Source of the DNA: a candidate division WOR-3 bacterium
GTDB taxonomy: Bacteria > Hydrothermota > Tepidihabitantia > B3-TA06
Assembly: GCA_965649265.1 (NCBI GenBank)
Contig: CBFGKC010000013.1
Span: 26,879 to 90,878, forward strand
Direction: 5' to 3'
Length of the DNA stretch: 64,000 bases
The position numbers and the translations under genes are program-made. Every line of letters begins with the position of its first letter. Within the stretch, counting starts at the first letter, position 1. A model generated the notes under the pieces. It was not told the origin of the DNA, ran no database searches, and saw nothing but the letters and a program-made list of their open reading frames with translations. Positions 59,115 through 64,000 of the stretch are shown here, piece after piece.

Positions 59115-59567
59115 ATGCGCAAAATTATCTTTGCAGGCCTGGCGATAGTTTTTGCTCTTGCTGCCCCGCCTGTGTTCGCCGACCCATACGACTGGTCGGG
59201 AACGGGTGATAAGATACCGTGGGAAGAATCCCCCAAGTATATCGTTTATCCGTGGTTCGAATGGTGGGGCACACTTTCTGAAGGCACGTTTGCAGGCAAC
59301 TGGGCGCCCGACACGCCGAACTATGAAGGCGGAGGCACGTTGTACCGAATCTTTTCGGGTCAAATCCTCTATTATTACACGCCGGAAGAAGGGGGCCCCA
59401 CATACGCTCACTGCGAGGGCGAATGGACGCGCCTGCACGATTACCGGGCGCAGGAGTGCGGCTGGTTCGAGATGGAGTTCAACGTGACTGATGGAACGTG
59501 CGAGGGCGTTTGGGGATTCGTTGAAGATGAAACCGTTGCCGGAAAAATGTGGGGCGGCGGGAATTGA
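59115..59567 (+). CDS. array family A copy 21 (divergent subgroup)
   Basis: DWSGTG, YPWFEWWG, HCEGEW, FEMEFN, TCEGVW. Confidence 0.85.
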   Translation: MRKIIFAGLAIVFALAAPPVFADPYDWSGTGDKIPWEESPKYIVYPWFEWWGTLSEGTFAGNWAPDTPNYEGGGTLYRIFSGQILYYYTPEEGGPTYAHCEGEWTRLHDYRAQECGWFEMEFNVTDGTCEGVWGFVEDETVAGKMWGGGN

Positions 59568-59587
59568 TCACAAAGAAAGGAGCGCAA

Positions 59588-60034
59588 ATGCGTAAACTTC
59601 TCTTGATCGCTCTGTCGGCTGCGGTCGTTTCAGGAGCAACACCTGCCCTGGCCCAGATCGCAGGCTCGTGGGAGGGCACCGGAACAGGAAGCTGCCCAAA
59701 TCCTACCTCCAATCCCGTTGAAACCATGCGTCCATGGAATATCTGGAGCGGCGAAATACCCGACGATGAATCGACCTTCTCGGGCGAGTGGCACGATCCT
59801 GCCGGAGTACATGGAACCTTTACAGGCGAAGCAACATTCGCAACACCGGAAGAAGTTGTTTTCACAGGAACATGGAATGCGATAGACGACCTTGTAGATC
59901 CTCCCGTTATCTACGAAATGGGAACCTTCTACATGCATTTCCCTTACACAGCCAGGGCATGTCACGGCGAGTGGGTGACGTATGACAGTGATATTCCTCA
60001 GGGAACCATGACCGGTCACAGAACCGACGGATGA
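59588..60034 (+). CDS. array family A copy 22
   Basis: Same motif series; start re-called. Confidence 0.88.
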   Translation: MRKLLLIALSAAVVSGATPALAQIAGSWEGTGTGSCPNPTSNPVETMRPWNIWSGEIPDDESTFSGEWHDPAGVHGTFTGEATFATPEEVVFTGTWNAIDDLVDPPVIYEMGTFYMHFPYTARACHGEWVTYDSDIPQGTMTGHRTDG

Positions 60035-60099
60035 AATTCTCTTTGATATGCGGGGCGGTCTCGGCCTCGCGAACACAAAAACCTCAACAAGGAGGAATC

Positions 60100-60525
60100 A
60101 TGCGTAAAGCACTATATGCAATCATTGCGTGCATCGCTGTGCTCGGAGCAACGCAGCTGATGGCCGAAGACTGGGCCGGCACCGGCTCGGGCTCATGGAT
60201 AAGACCTGACGGCTCCACGCTGGTGTATCCCTGGCAGGTATGGTCGGGGACGCTCGAGACCGGCGCGTTCACGGGCACATGGTCGGACGATCTCGGCAAT
60301 GCCGGCGGCTTTTCAGGCTCGATCATCTACTACTATACCTCGGTCGATCCCGGCGATACCTATGGTCACTGTGAAGGCTCATGGAACATATACGATCCGA
60401 CTGGCGTGACCATCGGCGGGCCGTTCGAGATGGAGTTCAACCTGACCCAGGGAACCTGCAAGGGTGCATGGGTACCAAAAAATGGCACCGGCAAAGGAAC
60501 GATGACCGGCGAAAGAATCGACTAG
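60100..60525 (+). CDS. array family A copy 23
   Basis: Same motif series; close to copy 21. Confidence 0.88.
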   Translation: MRKALYAIIACIAVLGATQLMAEDWAGTGSGSWIRPDGSTLVYPWQVWSGTLETGAFTGTWSDDLGNAGGFSGSIIYYYTSVDPGDTYGHCEGSWNIYDPTGVTIGGPFEMEFNLTQGTCKGAWVPKNGTGKGTMTGERID

Positions 60526-60622
60526 ACTAAAACAAGGAGTGGGAGAGAGACGCTCAAGACGTCTCTCTCTCAGGAACCGGGAGGATTGAGGAGGGATAAA
60601 CAACAAAGAAGTAGGAGGAAAG

Positions 60623-61138
60623 ATGCATAAAACAACAAAAACCGTCGTAGCCGTGCTAGGTTTCCTTGTTCTTGGACTCACGGTAGGCTTCGCTTATCCG
60701 GAGTGGTTCCACGGAACCGGTACGGGAACCTGCTATTATTCCCATGACGAGGTGATAGACACTATTGAAGTCTTCTATGCATGGCAGCTCGAGCATGTTC
60801 CCCAGACTAACGGCTTCATTGGCTGTACCTGGGACAATAACGGTCGCGGTGCCTGCCTGACGACTGCCGTATTTTTTGGCAGCGGCAATTGCGAGTATGA
60901 TGGGGGCGGATCGTGGGAACTATACAATCCTATTGTAAACGATAGTACTTCAGTGTATGACGATGGAACCCTTACATTCTGCATTGATTCTGTAAACGCA
61001 ACAATATGGACATTAAGCGGAACCTGGGTAGCCACGCAAGAATTTCTCACGGGTTCCGGCACACTTTCAGGTCACGGGCATTTTTCAGAGCCCGATGGCT
61101 GGTCATCTTGCGGGAGCTGTCCTGTCGAAGATCCGTGA
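60623..61138 (+). CDS. array family A copy 24, highly divergent and Cys-rich
   Basis: Signal peptide; GTGTGTCY, YAWQ, GCTWDNNG, GSW, SGTW, GTLSG; CGSC tail. Confidence 0.75.
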   Translation: MHKTTKTVVAVLGFLVLGLTVGFAYPEWFHGTGTGTCYYSHDEVIDTIEVFYAWQLEHVPQTNGFIGCTWDNNGRGACLTTAVFFGSGNCEYDGGGSWELYNPIVNDSTSVYDDGTLTFCIDSVNATIWTLSGTWVATQEFLTGSGTLSGHGHFSEPDGWSSCGSCPVEDP

Positions 61139-61156
61139 TGCAAAAGACTTAACATT

Positions 61157-61188
61157 TCGGGGCGGATTGTTCCGCCCCGAATTATTTA
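61157..61188 (+). terminator. hairpin closing the array
   Basis: TTCGGGGCGG-ATTGTT-CCGCCCCGAA followed by TTATTT. Confidence 0.65.
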
Positions 61189-61276
61189 AAACCAGGAAAC
61201 CCTGTCCCTTCCACATGGATTCTTCAGTCCTCTTGATTTTCACGAAGAATCGCATACAATCTTGACGGAGGCGACG

Positions 61277-61834
61277 ATGAAGACAGTCGTAGTTTATTAT
61301 TCTCGATACGGAAACTCTCGCGTGGCGGCAAAACTCATAGCCCGGCAGCTCGGGGCGCCCGTACACAACATAGAAGTAAAACGCCAGAAGGGCGTGTTCG
61401 AGTCAACCTTTTCCGCGCTTTTCAGCCGCAGGCCGAAGATAAAGTCCATGCTACTCAATTCCCAGGATTGGGATATTATGGTTCTTGTCGCTCCGATATG
61501 GATGGGGAAACCTGCGACGCCCGTCAAGACTTTCCTTGCAGATACAAGGGTCGGCGACAAACGCATTGCGGTGTTTTTCTCCTACACCAAGACCGACCCA
61601 CACGAAGCCGCAATATGGCTTAGGCGTGTTCTCGATCACTTCGGCGCTCATCTCATCGCCGTCGGCGGTTACGACACGAGCGTAAAGAATCACACCGTTC
61701 TCAAGCAGAAGGTCTGGGAGTTCCTCTCGCAGCTTCCTCCCGCCGCCATCACCGAGTCAAAACCGGCAAAGCCCCAGAAGGCGAAGCAGCAGGCTCCGGC
61801 AAAGAAAGCCGCTAAAAAGTCCCCAAAGAAGTAA
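61277..61834 (+). CDS. flavodoxin-like protein with Lys/Ala/Pro-rich tail
   Basis: VVYYSRYGNS..AKLIA, LVAPIW.G.PA.PV. Confidence 0.8.
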   Translation: MKTVVVYYSRYGNSRVAAKLIARQLGAPVHNIEVKRQKGVFESTFSALFSRRPKIKSMLLNSQDWDIMVLVAPIWMGKPATPVKTFLADTRVGDKRIAVFFSYTKTDPHEAAIWLRRVLDHFGAHLIAVGGYDTSVKNHTVLKQKVWEFLSQLPPAAITESKPAKPQKAKQQAPAKKAAKKSPKK

Positions 61835-62173
61835 TTGCACGCCCTGTTCAAGGGATGCTTTTCGCCCCTTAGGGGCGCGCGCGGGGCAATGATGTTTCTC
61901 ACCATTTTATTTAACCCATAAATTGAAGCAGCCTCTCGAACGCAAGTTCGACTCATGCGCCTTCCAGACGCTCGCTTGCCCACTTTAGTGAGGGGAGGGT
62001 CCGAACTATCACGAGAACGTCTTGATGATTTATACGATGGTTCTCTACCCTTCCCCTTCATAAGGGGGGCTTCAACACTTCCACCTACCCTCAGGGGGAG
62101 GAACAACCCTGAAGCGGTTTTTCAAACCTGATCATGAACCGTTAGACCTGAATTCTCGCGCTTTGAATAAAAA

Positions 62174-62209
62174 GGGGTCCCCATAAAATTACCTGGTAAT
62201 TTTATGGGG
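62174..62209. repeat. palindrome, family copy 6
   Basis: GGGGT then CCCCATAAAATTAC-CTG-GTAATTTTATGGGG. Confidence 0.6.
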
Positions 62210-62253
62210 AGTGGTTAGAGGGGCGAACCCCTCTTCTTTATGTTGTAATGACC

Positions 62254-62916
62254 TTATTTCTTCTCGATTCTGGGTGCGATAAGGGCGATAAAGGAGTCGA
62301 GCGAACGGGTCTGAATCCAGACGCGGCCGGGGCCGGTGAAGCTCGCGACAAGTCCTTCGCCTGAAAGCAGCGTGCTCTTTATGCCGCCAACGCGCTTGAC
62401 TTCGTATTTTACGCCCTCGTCGAACGCGACCATGTGGCCGGTGTCTACCTTAAGCTGCTGGCCTGCGGCAAGCTCGCGCATTGTTATGGCGCCGTAGGAA
62501 CTTATGAAAAGATCGCCCGTGCCCGATATCTTCAAGAGGAACAGGCTTTCGCCGGTGAAGAACGTCTTTGCGCCGCCGAACTTGGTGTCGACGTTGATAT
62601 CGCCCGCCGAGCATATGAACGAGCCCGACTGAACCATGAGAGTGTTGCCGGACATCTTGATGTGGCTTATGTCGCCCGGCGTGCTCGATGCGAACGTGAC
62701 CTCGCCCTGGCCGGTGAAGTGGTTGACAAAGAAGCTTTCGCCGCCGAGGAACGAGCGCTTGAGCGCCGCGCCCAGCCCGCCCTGCATCTTGGTCTCGATG
62801 TTGACAGTGCCGTCCATGGTAACCATCGCGCCCGATTCGGCGGTGACTTTTTCACCCTGACCGATTTTTACCGAAAGAAGGGAGAACGATGGACTGTAAT
62901 CTATCTTATGTTCCAT
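62254..62916 (-). CDS. AIM24/TIGR00266 family protein
   Basis: AESGAMV, GGESFF.N.F, SSYGAI, VDTGHMVAF, SGEGLV..F.GPG.VWIQTR. Confidence 0.92.
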   Translation of the reverse strand: MEHKIDYSPSFSLLSVKIGQGEKVTAESGAMVTMDGTVNIETKMQGGLGAALKRSFLGGESFFVNHFTGQGEVTFASSTPGDISHIKMSGNTLMVQSGSFICSAGDINVDTKFGGAKTFFTGESLFLLKISGTGDLFISSYGAITMRELAAGQQLKVDTGHMVAFDEGVKYEVKRVGGIKSTLLSGEGLVASFTGPGRVWIQTRSLDSFIALIAPRIEKK

Positions 62917-63062
62917 TGCAAACCTCCTACAGGTTTTAGGATATAATCTTCAGGAATGCCCACTTGTCAAGCTTCTTGCGCTCTTGCTCCAAAAGACGAT
63001 GGCGGGAGGGGGCTCTGCGCTTTTATTGACATATCGGGAAAAGAGGCTTAAAATGAAGAATC

Positions 63063-63527
63063 ATGAAGGGGACTGAGGATTACACCACGCTCTACACGGA
63101 TGAAGATATCGCAGATACCCTTGAGATAACGCTCGGCTCGAACGTGGATACAATCAGCATACCGGGCAACGACTACTCGTGGTATGAGCAGAACATAGCG
63201 TCAAACAGCGACACCATGAACCTCAAGATAAAGAAACTATCGAGAGATGGCTTTATTCCGGTGAGCCGTGTGATGGTGCGGGAGCGCAGCGATTCGGGTC
63301 TGTTCATGATGAAGGGTAAACCGATTGCAGGTCCTGAGAAGATAGTGTTCTGTCTTTTCCAGCCGAACCCGAATCCGTTCAGTGATGCTGCCACAATAAG
63401 ATACTCCCTGCCCTATGAGACCAATGTCAGCCTCAAGGTATACGACATATCGGGTAGACTGGTCAATACCCTTGTTCAGGGCAAGGTTCAGGCCGGAGTC
63501 CATACCATCCGCTGGGAAGGTAAATGA
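63063..63527 (+). pseudogene. fragment of a FlgD/T9SS-A-CTD protein, truncated
   Basis: PNPNPF...IRYSLP...LKVYDISGRLV...HTIRWEGK-stop; no signal peptide; the domain stops before the usual GVYF motif. Confidence 0.5.
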
Positions 63528-64000
63528 CAACGGCCGCAGCGGCTGCGCCTGACCGGAAGTGTTTATTGTTGGAGAAGTTTGCTGTCCCTTTTTATTCATT
63601 GGCAAACTTCAAGCGCTCCACTGGAGCGCCGTGTACTTCGTCAGATTCGTTGATGGCACACAGCGGTTCCTATTCTGGTTCGTGTGACACGAGGGAATAT
63701 CCCGGAGTCGCACAGTCAGATTCAGCGGTAATAATACAGGAGTTTAGCGTCAGGAAGGCTGTTTCTGATATTGATAGTTTGGTCATATACTACGCTGATT
63801 TCCCAAAGAACGTGAGTCCCGCCACGTGTGCAACAGCCTTCGTAGGCTTATATATAAATGCTGATTCTACCTCATACTCCTTAGCCGGTTACTACTTGAC
63901 TTATCCAGGTTCGGGGGCTATTTCGGTTCCGCCATGGGTTTTCTTAGAGGTTATTGACTTTCCAGCCGATAGCAGCTGGCATTCATTGTCGAAGAATGCT
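63524..64000 (+). CDS. partial hypothetical ORF running off the window end
   Basis: Frame open from ATG 63524 (alternative ATG 63653, MAHSGSYS...) to 64000 by manual translation; start uncertain. Confidence 0.45.
   Translation, partial: MTTAAAAAPDRKCLLLEKFAVPFYSLANFKRSTGAPCTSSDSLMAHSGSYSGSCDTREYPGVAQSDSAVIIQEFSVRKAVSDIDSLVIYYADFPKNVSPATCATAFVGLYINADSTSYSLAGYYLTYPGSGAISVPPWVFLEVIDFPADSSWHSLSKNA

Larger units (their letters stand above)
47748..61138 (+). repeat. tandem multigene array: 24 family-A plus 2 family-B small secreted proteins
   Basis: 26 co-oriented ORFs, each with an SD-like sequence and signal peptide; shared motif series in family A. Confidence 0.93.

Noticed and set aside
47748-61138. 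Integron cassette array
   Set aside because: The spacers lack recurring RYYYAAC...GTTRRRY attC ends, many are under 40 nt, the genes are paralogs rather than unrelated cassettes, and there is no intI in the window.
47748-61138. Diversity-generating retroelement or shufflon
   Set aside because: There is no reverse transcriptase or recombinase, no near-identical TR/VR pair differing only at adenines, and all genes share one orientation.
47748-61138. CRISPR array or RiPP precursor cluster
   Set aside because: The repetition is at protein level, with no identical 25-45 nt repeats; the products are full folded-domain size and no modifying enzymes are adjacent.
47748-61138. Lipoprotein (lpl-like) array
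   Set aside because: The leaders end in AxA-type SPase I sites with no lipobox Cys.
61835-62170. Gene or mobile element in the 400-nt gap between convergent genes
   Set aside because: Only weak C/G-run hairpins and a motif-less ORF (61690-62106) are present; there are no terminal inverted repeats or transposase.

Overview
This is a 64 kb bacterial chromosomal window of mid-50s % GC by eye. It appears to be a diderm: it has an LpxB-like gene, outer-membrane barrel proteins and FlgD/T9SS-A-like C-terminal domains. The gene content suggests an FCB-related candidate lineage such as WOR-3, which is inference only. Positions 1-47 kb are mostly housekeeping and envelope genes: EndoQ-like PHP nuclease, HIT, recG, lpxB-like, MarR, an SPT-like plus GNAT pair (candidate ceramide synthesis), an NlpC/P60-like protein behind three paralogous propeller-like genes, panB, deoxynucleoside kinase, folK, cold-shock protein, EEP nuclease, ROK kinase, TPR-CHAT protease plus LRR protein, purM, dinG, serS, ribD, ribE, aminotransferase-serA-DUF1015. 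The outstanding feature is at 47.7-61.1 kb: an unbroken, co-oriented array of 26 small secreted-protein genes behind one consensus sigma70 promoter. Twenty-four are diverged paralogs of a Trp/Gly-rich family I do not recognise, with a four-fold GxW...GxF/M hairpin repeat (predicted 8-stranded calycin/avidin-like barrel), a conserved framework, hypervariable loops and mosaic similarity. Two are Ig-like paralogs. GC-rich hairpins punctuate the array. No integrase, reverse transcriptase, transposase, attC site, CRISPR, tRNA or rRNA was seen. Other observations are a probable ATC start codon on the CHAT gene, widespread leaderless promoters with 16-bp spacers, and a dispersed intergenic palindrome family. 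All family assignments come from motif recognition by eye; no database search was run.
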